Numbered from the stretch's first letter, positions 1-11,077 are shown. The stretch: 32,000 nt of DNA from Pseudomonas aeruginosa (GCF_001457615.1 NZ_LN831024.1:480001-512000), one strand, 5' to 3'. Notes: generated by a model from the letters alone, not told the origin. Numbers and translations: made by a program.

Positions 1-525
1 TCCATGGGCAACATCGCCGAAGAAGCCGAACTGCCGCGCTCCAACCTGCACTACTACTTCAGCACCAAGGACGAGCTGTACCGCGACGTCCTCCTCGGCC
101 TGCTCGAGGTCTGGAAGCAGGACGCCCTCTGCTTCGAGATGTTCGATGACCCAAGGGTGGTATTGACCAGCTATATCCGCGCGAAGATGAACCATTCGCG
201 CACCCGCCCGCATGGCTCCAAGGTCTGGGCCAACGAAATCATGCATGGCGCGCCGCTGCTCGGCGCCACCCTCGACGACAGCCTCTACGAATGGGCCAAG
301 ATGAAGGAGGCGAAGATCCGCCAGTGGGTCGAGGAAAAGCGCATCCTGTCGATCGAACCGAGCAGCCTGCTCTACATGATCTGGGCCTCCACCCAGCACT
401 ACGCCGACTTCGGCTACCAGGTCGAGGTGCTCAACGGCCACCAGCCGCTCAGCGACATGCAGTTCGAAAGGGCGGTGCAGACGGTGACCAGCGTGGTCCT
501 GCGCGGAATCGGATTGGAGCCCTGA
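1..525 (+). CDS. TetR-family transcriptional regulator, RutR-like (5' end truncated by window start)
   Basis: Open from base 1; the first in-window Met at base 4 is probably internal. Contains the HTH end and recognition-helix-like 'NLHYYFSTKDELYRDVL' typical of TetR proteins. Adjacent to pyrimidine catabolism genes. Stop TGA at 523-525. Confidence 0.85.
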   Translation, partial: SMGNIAEEAELPRSNLHYYFSTKDELYRDVLLGLLEVWKQDALCFEMFDDPRVVLTSYIRAKMNHSRTRPHGSKVWANEIMHGAPLLGATLDDSLYEWAKMKEAKIRQWVEEKRILSIEPSSLLYMIWASTQHYADFGYQVEVLNGHQPLSDMQFERAVQTVTSVVLRGIGLEP

Positions 526-530
526 GCAGC

Positions 531-552
531 GGAGCCTTCGCTAGAAGGCTCC
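531..552. terminator. Candidate bidirectional hairpin between convergent genes
   Basis: GGAGCCTTC (531-539) / loop gcta / GAAGGCTCC (544-552) is a perfect 9-bp stem. No U-tract. Confidence 0.4.
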
Positions 553-561
553 GGCGAAGGC

Positions 562-1833
562 TCAGCTGGCGCGGGTGAAGTCCACCGCTTCAGCCTGTTC
601 GAGGAACACCGTGGTCTGCGCCGGGACCGTCTCGGCGAGCAGCCGTCCGCCGCGGATCGAGTAGCGCACCGGGACCTGCCGGCGCACCGCGTCGAAGCCG
701 TCGCGGGCCGGCAGCACCAGCAGGTTGGCCGGATGGCCGACCTCGATGCCGTATTCCCGCAGGCCGAGGGTGCGGGCGCTGTTGCGGGTGATCAGGTCGA
801 GGCCGCCGTCGATCTCGTCGTAGCCCATCATCTGCGTCACGTGCAGGCCCATGTGCAGCACCTGCAGCATGTTCGCGGTGCCCAGCGGGTACCAGGGGTC
901 GAACACGTCGTCGTGGCCGAAGCAGGTGTTGATCCCGGCACCGAGCAGTTCCTTGACCCGGGTGATGCCGCGGCGCTTCGGGTAGTCGTCGAAGCGACCC
1001 TGCAGGTGGATGTTCACCAGCGGGTTGGCGACGAAGTTGATTCCCGACAGTTTCAGCAGGCGGAACAGCCGCGAGGTGTAGGCGCCGTTGTAGGAGTGCA
1101 TCGCCGTGGTGTGGCTGGCGGTGACCCGTGCGCCGAGGCCGTCGCGATGGGCGAGCATGGCCAGGGTCTCGAGGAAGCGCGACTGCTCGTCGTCGATCTC
1201 GTCGCAATGCACGTCCACTGGCAGGTCGTAGCGCTTGGCCAGGTCGATGGCCTTGTGCAGCGACTCGACGCCCAGCTCGCGGGTGAATTCGAAATGCGGG
1301 ATCGCCCCCACCACGTCGGCGCCCAGGCGCAGCGACTCCTCCAGCAGTTCCAGGCCGTTGGGGTAGGAGAGAATGCCCTCCTGAGGGAAGGCGACGATCT
1401 GCAGGTCGACCCAGGGCGCCACTTCGCCGCGCACCTCGAGCATGGCCTTGAGCGCGGTGAGGGTCGGGTCGGAGACGTCGACGTGGCTGCGCACGTGCTG
1501 CACGCCGTTGGCGATCTGCCATTTCAGGGTCTGCCAGGCGCGCTGCTTGACGTCCTCGTGGCTGAGCAGGGCCTTGCGCTGGGCCCAGCGCTCGATGCCT
1601 TCGAACAGCGTGCCGGAGCGGTTCCACTCCGGCTGGCCGGCGGTCTGGGTGGTGTCGAGGTGGATGTGCGGCTCGATGAACGGCGGCACGGCAAGACCGC
1701 CGGCGCCGTCCAGGCGCTCGCCGGCGTCGTCGGCGGCCTGTTCCATCGGCACCAGGGCGGCGATACGGCCATCGGCGACGCGCAGTTGCCAGAGACCTTC
1801 GCGGCCGCGCAGGCGCAGGTTGTCAATCAGCAT
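562..1833 (-). CDS. codA: Cytosine deaminase (amidohydrolase family)
   Basis: 423 aa with '[34 protein letters not shown]', '[11 protein letters not shown]', '[11 protein letters not shown]' and '[20 protein letters not shown]', characteristic of CodA. Overlaps codB by 11 bp. Confidence 0.95.
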   Translation of the reverse strand: MLIDNLRLRGREGLWQLRVADGRIAALVPMEQAADDAGERLDGAGGLAVPPFIEPHIHLDTTQTAGQPEWNRSGTLFEGIERWAQRKALLSHEDVKQRAWQTLKWQIANGVQHVRSHVDVSDPTLTALKAMLEVRGEVAPWVDLQIVAFPQEGILSYPNGLELLEESLRLGADVVGAIPHFEFTRELGVESLHKAIDLAKRYDLPVDVHCDEIDDEQSRFLETLAMLAHRDGLGARVTASHTTAMHSYNGAYTSRLFRLLKLSGINFVANPLVNIHLQGRFDDYPKRRGITRVKELLGAGINTCFGHDDVFDPWYPLGTANMLQVLHMGLHVTQMMGYDEIDGGLDLITRNSARTLGLREYGIEVGHPANLLVLPARDGFDAVRRQVPVRYSIRGGRLLAETVPAQTTVFLEQAEAVDFTRAS

Positions 1834-3073
1834 GGAGGACCTCTTCTGGTTTGTTCGGGCTGCGGCTCAGCAGGGGATTGAGCAGCAGGTAGGCGATGGC
1901 GGCGCCGAGCACCGCGTTGACCGGCACTATCCCCGGCAGCCAGTGGCCGGCGGCGGTGCCGCAGGCGACGGCGAGGATCGCCGCCCAGTTGATCGCCTGG
2001 ATGTCCGCGCAGGGGTGCTGGCGGTAGCGCCGGCGGCGACTCAGGTAGTCGGCGATGATCACCCCGCCGATGGGCGGGATGGCGGCGGAGAGGAAGGTCA
2101 GCCAGCCGACGAAGTGGTTGTACAGCCAGAGCGCGGCGAGGGTGCCGAGGGCGCCGTTGAGCATCGCCAGGAAGCGGCTGGAGAGGCCGGTGATGTTGGC
2201 GAAGCCGAGGCCGGAGGCATACAGCGCGTTGTCGTTGGTGGTCCAGATGTTCAGGCCGAGGACCAGGATCGCCGGGATCAGCAGGCCCTGGGCGATCATC
2301 ACGTCGGAGATGTCCGACTTGCCCACCGCCGCCGCGCCGGCCGCGCCGAAGATGAACATCAGCGAGTTGCCGAGGAAGAACGCCACCAGGCACACCACCA
2401 CGGCGGTACGCGCGCTGCGGCCGAAGCGGACGAAGTCGGCGGTGAGGGTGCCGGCGCTGACGAACGAGCCGACCACCAGGGCGATCGCGGTCGAGAGGCT
2501 CAGCGGCGCGCTCGGCGTCACCTGCTGCAGCGCCGCCAGGCCGCCGGCGTCGCGCACCGCGAGCCATACCGAGTAGCTGCCGAGAACGACGATCGCCGGG
2601 ACCGCGATGGCCGACAGCAGGGTCAGACCGGCGATGCCGAAGAACACCGTGAGGGTCATAAGCGCTCCGGAAACCAGGATCAGCAGGTTGACGTCGAGGC
2701 CGGTGGCCTTGGCCACCGGGATGGCGAACATCGCTACGCCGACGCCGAACCAGCCGACCTGGGTGCCGCCGAGCAACGCCGAGGGCAGCCAGGAGCCCTT
2801 GCTGCCGAACGAGTAATGCGCCAGCAGGTGAGTGGAAAGGCCGGTGCGCGCGCCGATGAAGCCGAGGATCGCGGTGTACAGGCCGAGCATCAGGTTGCCC
2901 AGCAGCACGGCGAGGAAGAAGTCGTCGTAGCTCAGGCCGGTGCCGAGGGTGCCGCCGGTCCACATGCTGGCGGAAAAGAAGGTCAGGCCGAGCATCACCA
3001 CGCTCAGGGCCAGCGCGCTCTTGCGCGCTGCCAGCGGGACCGGTTGCTGGCTGTAGTTGCTGTCTGCGGACAT
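1823..3073 (-). CDS. codB: Cytosine permease (NCS1 family)
   Basis: 416 aa membrane protein with '[54 protein letters not shown]' and '[18 protein letters not shown]'. Translationally coupled to codA. Confidence 0.93.
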   Translation of the reverse strand: MSADSNYSQQPVPLAARKSALALSVVMLGLTFFSASMWTGGTLGTGLSYDDFFLAVLLGNLMLGLYTAILGFIGARTGLSTHLLAHYSFGSKGSWLPSALLGGTQVGWFGVGVAMFAIPVAKATGLDVNLLILVSGALMTLTVFFGIAGLTLLSAIAVPAIVVLGSYSVWLAVRDAGGLAALQQVTPSAPLSLSTAIALVVGSFVSAGTLTADFVRFGRSARTAVVVCLVAFFLGNSLMFIFGAAGAAAVGKSDISDVMIAQGLLIPAILVLGLNIWTTNDNALYASGLGFANITGLSSRFLAMLNGALGTLAALWLYNHFVGWLTFLSAAIPPIGGVIIADYLSRRRRYRQHPCADIQAINWAAILAVACGTAAGHWLPGIVPVNAVLGAAIAYLLLNPLLSRSPNKPEEVLHAD

Positions 3074-3254
3074 GCGCGAGTCTCCGTGGGGCGCCGGCCG
3101 TCCGGGAGCGTCGGCCGGGCCGCGGCGAATGGTAGTCGAAGGCGGGTCGATCCGACAGACGCCGTTGCGCGTCGTCGGACCGCAGCGGCACGCAGGAAGC
3201 GTGCCGGCGCGCGGCAGGGCGGCGTCCGCCGGGGATGTGGGCGCCGCCCTGCGT

Positions 3255-4532
3255 TCAGGAGGCTTCGCGGTAGGGGTTGCGCGGATCCTGGGTCCAGTTG
3301 AGATAGGGCTTGCCGGTGTCCTGCGGCACCATTTCGATGCAGTTCTCCACCGGACAGGTGATCTGGCACAGGTTGCAGCCCACGCACTCGGCGTCGATCA
3401 CTTCGTAGCGGTGCGTACCGTCGGCCCGGGGCAGGCTGGCGATGGCCTGGTGCGAGGTGTCCTCGCAGGCGATATGGCAGCGGCCGCAACCGATGCAGGC
3501 GTCCTGGTCGATGCGGGCGATCACCTGGTAGTTGATGTCCAGGTACTTCCAGTCGGTGGTATTGCCCACCGCGCCGCCGCTGAAATCGGACAGCCGCTGG
3601 TAGCCATGGCTGTCCATCCAGCGCGCGAGACCGTCCTGCATGTCCTCGACGATACGGAAGCCGTGCAGCATCGCCGCCGTGCATACCTGCACCGCGCCGC
3701 AGCCGAGCGCGACGAATTCCGCTGCGTCGCGCCAACTGCCGATACCGCCGATGCCACAGATCGGCAGGCCGCGGGTCTGCGGGTCGCGGGCGATCTCGGC
3801 GACCATGTTCAGGGCGATCGGCTTCACCGCCGAGCCGCAGTAGCCGCCGTGGGTGCTCTGGGTGCCGACCACGGGCAGGGCGACCATGCGCTCCAGGTCG
3901 ACGCTGGTGATCGAGTTGATGGTGTTGATCAGCGACACCGCGTCGGCGCCGCCGCGATGGGCGGCGCGCGCCGACTGGCGGATGTCGGTGATGTTGGGGG
4001 TGAGCTTGACGATCACCGGCAGCGAGCAGTGGGTCTTGCACCAGCGGGTGACCATCTCCACGTACTCCGGTACCTGGCCCACCGCCGCGCCCATGCCGCG
4101 CTCGGGCATGCCGTGGGGGCAACCGAAGTTCAGCTCGATACCGTCGGCGCCGGTGGCTTCCACCAGCGGCAGGATGTATTTCCACGACTCCTCGACGCAG
4201 GGCACCATCAGCGACACGATCAGCGCGCGGTCTGGCCAGTCCTTCTTCACCTGGGCGATCTCGCGCAGGTTGATCTCCAGCGAGCGGTCGGTGATCAGCT
4301 CGATGTTGTTGATCCCCTGCACCTGGCGGTTCGGTCCGAAGTGCGCGGAATAACGCGACGACACGTTGACCGCCGCGGGGTCTTCGCCGAGGGTCTTCCA
4401 GACCACCCCGCCCCAGCCCGCCTGGTAGGCGCGGACCACGTTGTAGGCCTTGTCGGTGGGCGGCGCGGAGGCCAGCCAGAAGGGGTTGGGCGACTTGATG
4501 CCGGCGAATTCGATAGACAGGTCGGCCATCAC
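3255..4532 (-). CDS. preA: NAD-dependent dihydropyrimidine dehydrogenase subunit PreA (PydA-like)
   Basis: 425 aa dihydroorotate-dehydrogenase-like domain ('ADLSIEFAGIKSPNPFWLASAPPTDKAYNV', 'GIELNFGCPHGMPERGMGAAVGQ') plus a C-terminal 2x[4Fe-4S] ferredoxin module ('CIGCGRCHIAC', 'CVGCNLCQITCPVENC'). Confidence 0.95.
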   Translation of the reverse strand: MMADLSIEFAGIKSPNPFWLASAPPTDKAYNVVRAYQAGWGGVVWKTLGEDPAAVNVSSRYSAHFGPNRQVQGINNIELITDRSLEINLREIAQVKKDWPDRALIVSLMVPCVEESWKYILPLVEATGADGIELNFGCPHGMPERGMGAAVGQVPEYVEMVTRWCKTHCSLPVIVKLTPNITDIRQSARAAHRGGADAVSLINTINSITSVDLERMVALPVVGTQSTHGGYCGSAVKPIALNMVAEIARDPQTRGLPICGIGGIGSWRDAAEFVALGCGAVQVCTAAMLHGFRIVEDMQDGLARWMDSHGYQRLSDFSGGAVGNTTDWKYLDINYQVIARIDQDACIGCGRCHIACEDTSHQAIASLPRADGTHRYEVIDAECVGCNLCQITCPVENCIEMVPQDTGKPYLNWTQDPRNPYREAS

Positions 4533-5896
4533 GCAGCCTCCACGTTGAGCATGAGTTGGGCGTGGATCGCTTCCGCCGCCAGTTTGCCGTGCTGCACCGC
4601 CTGCACGGTGAGGTCCTCGCCGAGCGCCACGCAGTCGCCGCCGGCGTAGATGCCGGGGATGCTGGTGCGCATCTGTCCGTCGACCTGGATGCGCTCGCCG
4701 TCGCGCCGCAGTTGCGCTGCCAGCGGATCGCCCAGGCTGGCGCCTTCGAAGGCCTGGCCGATGGCCTTGAAGATGGCGTCGGCGGCCAGTTCGAAGTGCT
4801 CGCCGGTGTCGCCCAGGCGACCGTTCTCCAGGCGCGTGCGGGCGAAGCGCATGCCGCGCACCCGGCCGTGCTCGTCAAGCAGTACCCGTTCCGGTCGGGC
4901 CCAGGTCAGCAGGCGCACCTGGCTGGCCTTGGCGATCTCCTGCTCGTGGCCGGTGGCGCCCATTTCCTCGAAGCCACGGCGGTAGACCAGGTTGACGTCG
5001 CGGGCGCCGAGCCGGCTCATCTGCACCGCCATGTCGATGGCGGTGTTGCCGGCGCCGATGACGATGCAACGGTCGGCGACGGGCAGGTCGAGCAGGTCGT
5101 CGCTCTGCCGCAGCTCGCGGATGTAGTCGGTGGCGGCGAGCAGGCCGGGGGCGTCCTCGTCTTCCAGGCCGAGGCGCTTGCTGGCGGCCAGGCCGATGCC
5201 GAGGAACACCGCGTCGTACTCGTCGTGCAGGGCGCCGAGCGCCAGGTTGTCGCCGAGACGCTGGCCGTGGCGCAGTTCGATACCGCCGATCTGCAGGAGG
5301 AATTCCACTTCGCGCCGGGCGAAGTCGTCCACCAGCTTGTAGCGGGCGATGCCGTACTCGTTGAGGCCGCCGGCCTTGGCGCGGGCCTCGAAGAGCACCA
5401 CGTCGTGGCCGTGCATGGCCAGGCGGTGGGCGCAGGACAGCCCGGCCGGCCCGGCGCCGACCACGGCGATGCGCTTGCCGGTGGCCGGCGAGCGCTTGAA
5501 CGGATGTTCGTCGAAGCCGGCGTGGTCGAGGGCGTAGCGTTGCAACTGGCCGATCAGCACCGGTGCGCATTCCTGGGCGTTGTTGCGTACGCAGGCCCGC
5601 TGGCAGAGGATTTCCGTGGGGCAGACGCGGGCGCAGCTGCCGCCGAGGATGTTCGCCGAGAGGATCTTCTGCGCCGCGCCCTGGACATTCTCCTGGGCGA
5701 TGCTGCGGATGAACCCGGGGATGTCGATCTCGGTCGGGCAGGCGTTGACGCAGGGCGCGTCGTAGCAGTATAGGCAGCGGGCGCTTTCCAGGGCGGCCTG
5801 GCGGGCGTTGAGCGGCGGCGCGAGGTCGGCGAAGCGCTCGGCGAGCGTGTCCGCGCCGGCGTCCGGACGGGGGAGGTGGTTCAGGGAATCGATCAC
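4529..5896 (-). CDS. preT: NAD-dependent dihydropyrimidine dehydrogenase subunit PreT (PydX-like; glutamate-synthase small-subunit fold)
   Basis: 455 aa with N-terminal Fe-S motif 'CLYCYDAPCVNACPTEIDIPGFI', FAD motif 'VVGAGPAGLSCAHRLA' and NAD(P) motif 'VIGAGNTAIDMA'. Overlaps preA by 4 bp (ATGA). Confidence 0.95.
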   Translation of the reverse strand: MIDSLNHLPRPDAGADTLAERFADLAPPLNARQAALESARCLYCYDAPCVNACPTEIDIPGFIRSIAQENVQGAAQKILSANILGGSCARVCPTEILCQRACVRNNAQECAPVLIGQLQRYALDHAGFDEHPFKRSPATGKRIAVVGAGPAGLSCAHRLAMHGHDVVLFEARAKAGGLNEYGIARYKLVDDFARREVEFLLQIGGIELRHGQRLGDNLALGALHDEYDAVFLGIGLAASKRLGLEDEDAPGLLAATDYIRELRQSDDLLDLPVADRCIVIGAGNTAIDMAVQMSRLGARDVNLVYRRGFEEMGATGHEQEIAKASQVRLLTWARPERVLLDEHGRVRGMRFARTRLENGRLGDTGEHFELAADAIFKAIGQAFEGASLGDPLAAQLRRDGERIQVDGQMRTSIPGIYAGGDCVALGEDLTVQAVQHGKLAAEAIHAQLMLNVEAA

Positions 5897-5938
5897 GGTT
5901 GTAGCCTCTCTTCTGGTTTCTTCTCGGGGCAGTCAACG

Positions 5939-5982
5939 GCAATACGGCACCGTCCGGCCTCTACGGGCCGGTCCGGTATTGC
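5939..5982. other. Imperfect intercistronic hairpin between dht and preT
   Basis: GCAATAC (5939-5945) and GTATTGC close an imperfect GC-rich stem in the dht-preT gap. Confidence 0.35.
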
Positions 5983-5990
5983 GGGAAGGA

Positions 5991-7531
<1,541 letters not shown>

Positions 7532-7629
7532 CGAATCTAGATGCTGATCATCGATTGAGCAAGATTATTTTCAAATGGTTGTTTGAGTTTGTAACTTATT
7601 GATTTTAAATAATTAAAAATAAATATCAC

Positions 7630-7657
7630 CAAAATGGTGAGGGTTCTCACCATTTTG
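7630..7657. repeat. Perfect inverted repeat (12-bp arms, 4-nt spacer)
   Basis: CAAAATGGTGAG ggtt CTCACCATTTTG. Confidence 0.7.
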
Positions 7658-7806
7658 ACGCGCTTGACAAGAATTCAAAAAGGTCGAGATTTCCCATGCA
7701 AAATCAGCCGCTTGAAAGCCGTGTTCGAACGGTTGTGGGGAGATGAAAAAAGTTCGCCTGCACTCCTTTGGTTCCTGACCGGGGCGACAGGCTCGCGCAT
7801 TTCCCC

Positions 7807-7842
7807 CGGTGACACGCCGGACTGCCCGTCGGCGTGTCACCG
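7807..7842. repeat. Perfect inverted repeat (13-bp arms, 10-nt spacer) upstream of the NCS1 transporter gene
   Basis: CGGTGACACGCCG (7807-7819) / gactgcccgt / CGGCGTGTCACCG (7830-7842). Confidence 0.65.
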
Positions 7843-8045
7843 ACGTTGTCGATGAAGTGTTTCAGATCAGTCGGTTACCTCCAGTAGACCGGCCTGCCCA
7901 GTGACGTCGCGGGGTTTTCGGCACGCTTATTGAGTGCCGCCCGCCACGGCATTGTCCGGACCGGAGGTGCAGTACTGGTGGTGCGGTACTCCGGCCATCG
8001 CATTAGCCCGATGAGCGAATAACTAAAAGAATTCTGGAGAGGCCC

Positions 8046-9536
8046 ATGCAACAGAGCAGATCGGAAGTGACCGAGCGCGACGGCTTGGTCGAGCTGTCCG
8101 CCGGCAGCGACGTACTCGACAGTCCCCGCTACAACCACGACATCGCCCCGACCCGGGTGGAACAGCGTACCTGGAACAGGTGGCACATCACCGCGCTGTG
8201 GATCGGCATGTCCATCTGCGTGCCCACCTACACCCTCGGCGGCGTCCTCACCGCCTACTTCGGCCTCAGCGTCGGCGAAGCGCTGCTGGCGATCCTGCTG
8301 GCTAACCTGGTGGTGCTGATCCCGCTGACCCTCAATGCCTTCGCCGGCACCCGCTACGGCATTCCCTTCCCGGTGCTGCTGCGCGCTTCGTTCGGCATCA
8401 TCGGCTCCAACGTGCCATGCCTGATCCGCGCCGTGGTCGCGTGCGGCTGGTTCGGCATCCAGACGCTGTTCGGCGGGCTGGCGATCCATCTCTTCCTCGG
8501 TTCGATCCTTCCCGCCTGGAAAGCCCTCGGCGGCACCGGCGAGGTGATCGGTTTCCTCCTGTTCTGGGGGCTGAACCTGTGGGTGGTGCTGCGCGGCGCG
8601 GAGTCGATCAAATGGCTGGAGACACTCTCGGCACCGCTGCTGGTGCTGGTCGGCCTCGGCCTGCTGGTGTGGGCGCTGCCGCACATATCGGTCAGCGATC
8701 TGCTGGCGCAGCCGCCGAAGCGCCCGGAAGGCGCCAGCGTCACCGGCTACTTCATGGCCGGGCTGACGGCGATGGTCGGCTTCTGGGCCACGCTGTCGCT
8801 GAACATCCCCGACTTCAGCCGCTATGCGCGTAGCCAGAAGGACCAGATACTCGGGCAGATCTTCGGCCTGCCGCTGACCATGTTCCTGTTCGCCGCCCTC
8901 GGCGTGGTGATGACCGCCGCCTCGGCTTCGCTGGTGGGCGAGACGGTTTCCGACCCGGTCAGCCTGATCGGGCACATCCCCAGCCCCGGCTGGGTGGCGG
9001 TGGCGATGGCGTTGATCATCGTCGCCACCCTCTCGACCAACACCGCGGCGAACATCGTCTCGCCGACCAACGACTTCCAGAACATCGCACCGAAACTCAT
9101 CGGCCGCACCCGCGCCGTCTGGCTCACCGGTTTCATCGGCCTGGCGCTGATGGCCCACGAGTTGCTGAAGAAGCTCGGCTGGATCGTTTCCGACCTCAGC
9201 CTGGAAAGCGTCTACTCCAACTGGCTGCTCGGCTACTCCAGCCTGCTCGGGCCGATCGCGGGGATCATGGTGGTGGACTACTTCCTGGTGCGCAGGCAAC
9301 GCCTCGACCTCGCCGGACTCTACCGCGACGACGTCTACCCGGCCTGGAACTGGCCCGGCTTCGCCGCCTTCGCGGTGCCGGTGGCGCTGACCGTCATGGC
9401 CCTCGGCAACCGCCAGTTCCACTGGTTCTACGACTACGGCTGGTTCACCGGCTCGCTGCTCGGCGGCGCGCTCTACTACGGCCTCTGCGGCCGCCGTGCG
9501 CGGAGCCCGGCGGCATTGGCCAAACCGCTGCCCTGA
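8046..9536 (+). CDS. NCS1-family nucleobase/hydantoin/allantoin-type transporter
   Basis: 496 aa multi-pass protein with 'GIPFPVLLRASFGIIGSNVPCLIRAVVACGWFGIQTLFGG' and 'TLSTNTAANIVSPTNDF', typical of NCS1 permeases. RBS-like ggaga upstream. Confidence 0.92.
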   Translation: MQQSRSEVTERDGLVELSAGSDVLDSPRYNHDIAPTRVEQRTWNRWHITALWIGMSICVPTYTLGGVLTAYFGLSVGEALLAILLANLVVLIPLTLNAFAGTRYGIPFPVLLRASFGIIGSNVPCLIRAVVACGWFGIQTLFGGLAIHLFLGSILPAWKALGGTGEVIGFLLFWGLNLWVVLRGAESIKWLETLSAPLLVLVGLGLLVWALPHISVSDLLAQPPKRPEGASVTGYFMAGLTAMVGFWATLSLNIPDFSRYARSQKDQILGQIFGLPLTMFLFAALGVVMTAASASLVGETVSDPVSLIGHIPSPGWVAVAMALIIVATLSTNTAANIVSPTNDFQNIAPKLIGRTRAVWLTGFIGLALMAHELLKKLGWIVSDLSLESVYSNWLLGYSSLLGPIAGIMVVDYFLVRRQRLDLAGLYRDDVYPAWNWPGFAAFAVPVALTVMALGNRQFHWFYDYGWFTGSLLGGALYYGLCGRRARSPAALAKPLP

Positions 9537-9594
9537 TGGGCATACAGGCGGCCGGCGAGCCGCCGACACCTACTCCAAGCCTGAGGAAACGACA

Positions 9595-10878
9595 ATGAGC
9601 ACTGCCCGGAACGTCCTGCAATCCACCCAGCGACACATCGATGGCCAGCGCCTCTGGCAATCGCTGATGGATCTCGCCCGCCTCGGCGCCACCGCCAAGG
9701 GTGGGGTCTGCCGCCTGGCCCTGAGCGATCTCGACCGCCAGGCCCGCGATCTCTTCGTGCAATGGTGCGAAGCGGCCGGCTGCACGGTCAGCGTCGATCG
9801 GGTCGGCAACATCTTCGCCCGTCGTCCCGGGCGTAACCCGGACTTGCCCCCGGTGATGACCGGTAGCCACATCGACACCCAGCCCACCGGTGGCAAGTTC
9901 GACGGCTGCTTCGGGGTGATGGCCGGCCTCGAGGTGATCCGCACCCTCAACGACCTCGGGGTGGAAACCGAGGCGCCGCTGGAGGTGGTGGTGTGGACCA
10001 ACGAGGAAGGCTCGCGCTTCGCGCCCTGCATGATGGGCTCGGGCGTATTCGCCGGGAAGTTCACCCTGGAGGAGACCCTGGCCAAGCGCGATGCCGACGG
10101 TGTCAGCGTAGGCGAGGCGCTGGACGCCATCGGCTACGCGGGAGCGCGCGATTGTCTCGGACATCCGGTGGGCGCCTATTTCGAGGCGCACATCGAACAG
10201 GGGCCGATCCTCGAGGACGAGGAGAAGACCATCGGCGTGGTGCTCGGCGCGCTCGGGCAGAAATGGTTCGACCTGTCCCTGCGCGGCGTCGAGGCACACG
10301 CCGGGCCAACGCCGATGCACCTGCGCAAGGACGCCCTGGTCGGTGCCGCGGCGGTGGTCGAGGCGGTCAATCGCGCAGCCCTCGGCCATCAGCCGCATGC
10401 TTGCGGCACGGTCGGCTGCCTGCACGCCTATCCCGGTTCGCGCAACGTGATACCCGGCGAAGTGAAGATGACCCTGGACTTCCGCCATCTGCAACCGGAG
10501 CGCCTGGACTCGATGATCGCCGAGGTCCGCCAGGTGATCGCCGCTACCTGCGAGAAGCATGGCTTGCAATACGAGCTGGTGCCGACCGCCGATTTCCCGC
10601 CGCTGTACTTCGACCAGGGATGCGTCGGCGCGGTGCGCGAGGCGGCGCAGGCGCTGGGCATGCCGCAGATGGACATCGTCAGCGGCGCCGGCCACGACGC
10701 GATCTTCCTCGCCGAACTCGGTCCGGCGGGGATGATCTTCGTGCCCTGCGAGAACGGCATCAGCCACAACGAGATCGAGAACGCCAGCCCCGACGACCTG
10801 GCCGCCGGCTGCGCGGTGCTGTTGCGGGCCATGCTCAAGGCCTCCGAGGCGATCGCCGGCGGCCGCCTGGCGGCCTGA
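9595..10878 (+). CDS. Zn-dependent M20 hydrolase: N-carbamoyl-beta-alanine / allantoate amidohydrolase type (beta-ureidopropionase)
   Basis: 427 aa from 'MSTARNVLQSTQ' (the ORF-track start 9496 lies inside the upstream gene). Contains 'VMTGSHIDTQPTGGKFDGCFGVMAG' and 'WTNEEGSRFAPCMMGSGVFAG'. Genomic context of dihydropyrimidinase. Confidence 0.93.
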   Translation: MSTARNVLQSTQRHIDGQRLWQSLMDLARLGATAKGGVCRLALSDLDRQARDLFVQWCEAAGCTVSVDRVGNIFARRPGRNPDLPPVMTGSHIDTQPTGGKFDGCFGVMAGLEVIRTLNDLGVETEAPLEVVVWTNEEGSRFAPCMMGSGVFAGKFTLEETLAKRDADGVSVGEALDAIGYAGARDCLGHPVGAYFEAHIEQGPILEDEEKTIGVVLGALGQKWFDLSLRGVEAHAGPTPMHLRKDALVGAAAVVEAVNRAALGHQPHACGTVGCLHAYPGSRNVIPGEVKMTLDFRHLQPERLDSMIAEVRQVIAATCEKHGLQYELVPTADFPPLYFDQGCVGAVREAAQALGMPQMDIVSGAGHDAIFLAELGPAGMIFVPCENGISHNEIENASPDDLAAGCAVLLRAMLKASEAIAGGRLAA

Positions 10879-10928
10879 GTGGCGCTTCCATCGAGGCGCC
10901 GGCATCGACCGCCTTCTACACGGGGTCG

Positions 10929-11053
10929 GTAGGGCGAATGACGCCAGGGGCGCTATCCGCCGATGCTCGGCTGGCCGGCGGATAACCGCGTTGCGGTTAT
11001 GCGCCCTACGTCGCGGTGTTGCGCGGGGTACGGTGGGGCGTTATCCGCCGATG
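10929..11053. repeat. Interspersed GC-rich palindromic repeat cluster (GTAGGGCG...CGCCCTAC family)
   Basis: 'gtagggcgaatgacgcc...ggcgctatccgcc' followed by 'ggcggataaccgcgttgcggttatgcgccctacg' (10977-11010) and 'ggggcgttatccgcc'. 32/34 nt match to 31034-31067. Confidence 0.75.
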
Positions 11054-11077
11054 CGTCGCTGGGGCGGGGCGCGGGGC

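Noticed and set aside
1442-3301. 619-aa plus-strand ORF antisense to codA/codB (likewise 5808-7547, 7875-9569, 9445-10905, 12388-13626, 20632-22299, 22657-24168, 28189-30363)
   Set aside because: Long antisense ORFs are expected from third-position GC bias. Translations are compositionally biased and show no recognisable domain; each overlaps a well-supported gene.
3004-4878. 624-aa minus-strand ORF
   Set aside because: Alternative frame of preA and part of preT on the same strand; Arg/Ala/Pro-rich shadow ORF. The preA frame has conserved Fe-S and flavin motifs.
7634-7855. 73-aa ORF upstream of the NCS1 transporter
   Set aside because: Starts within a perfect inverted repeat and its 3' end is the second inverted repeat. 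No recognised motif or clear RBS. Kept only as a question in the intergenic finding, not called as a gene.
7920-7934. Possible sigma-54 promoter (GGCACGCTTATTGA)
   Set aside because: The -24-like GGCAC is present, but the -12 element reads TTGAG, lacking the invariant GC at the required spacing.
10929-11053. Possible CRISPR array
   Set aside because: Repeats are palindromic, irregularly spaced and divergent, with no uniform spacers or cas genes. They behave like an interspersed REP-type element.
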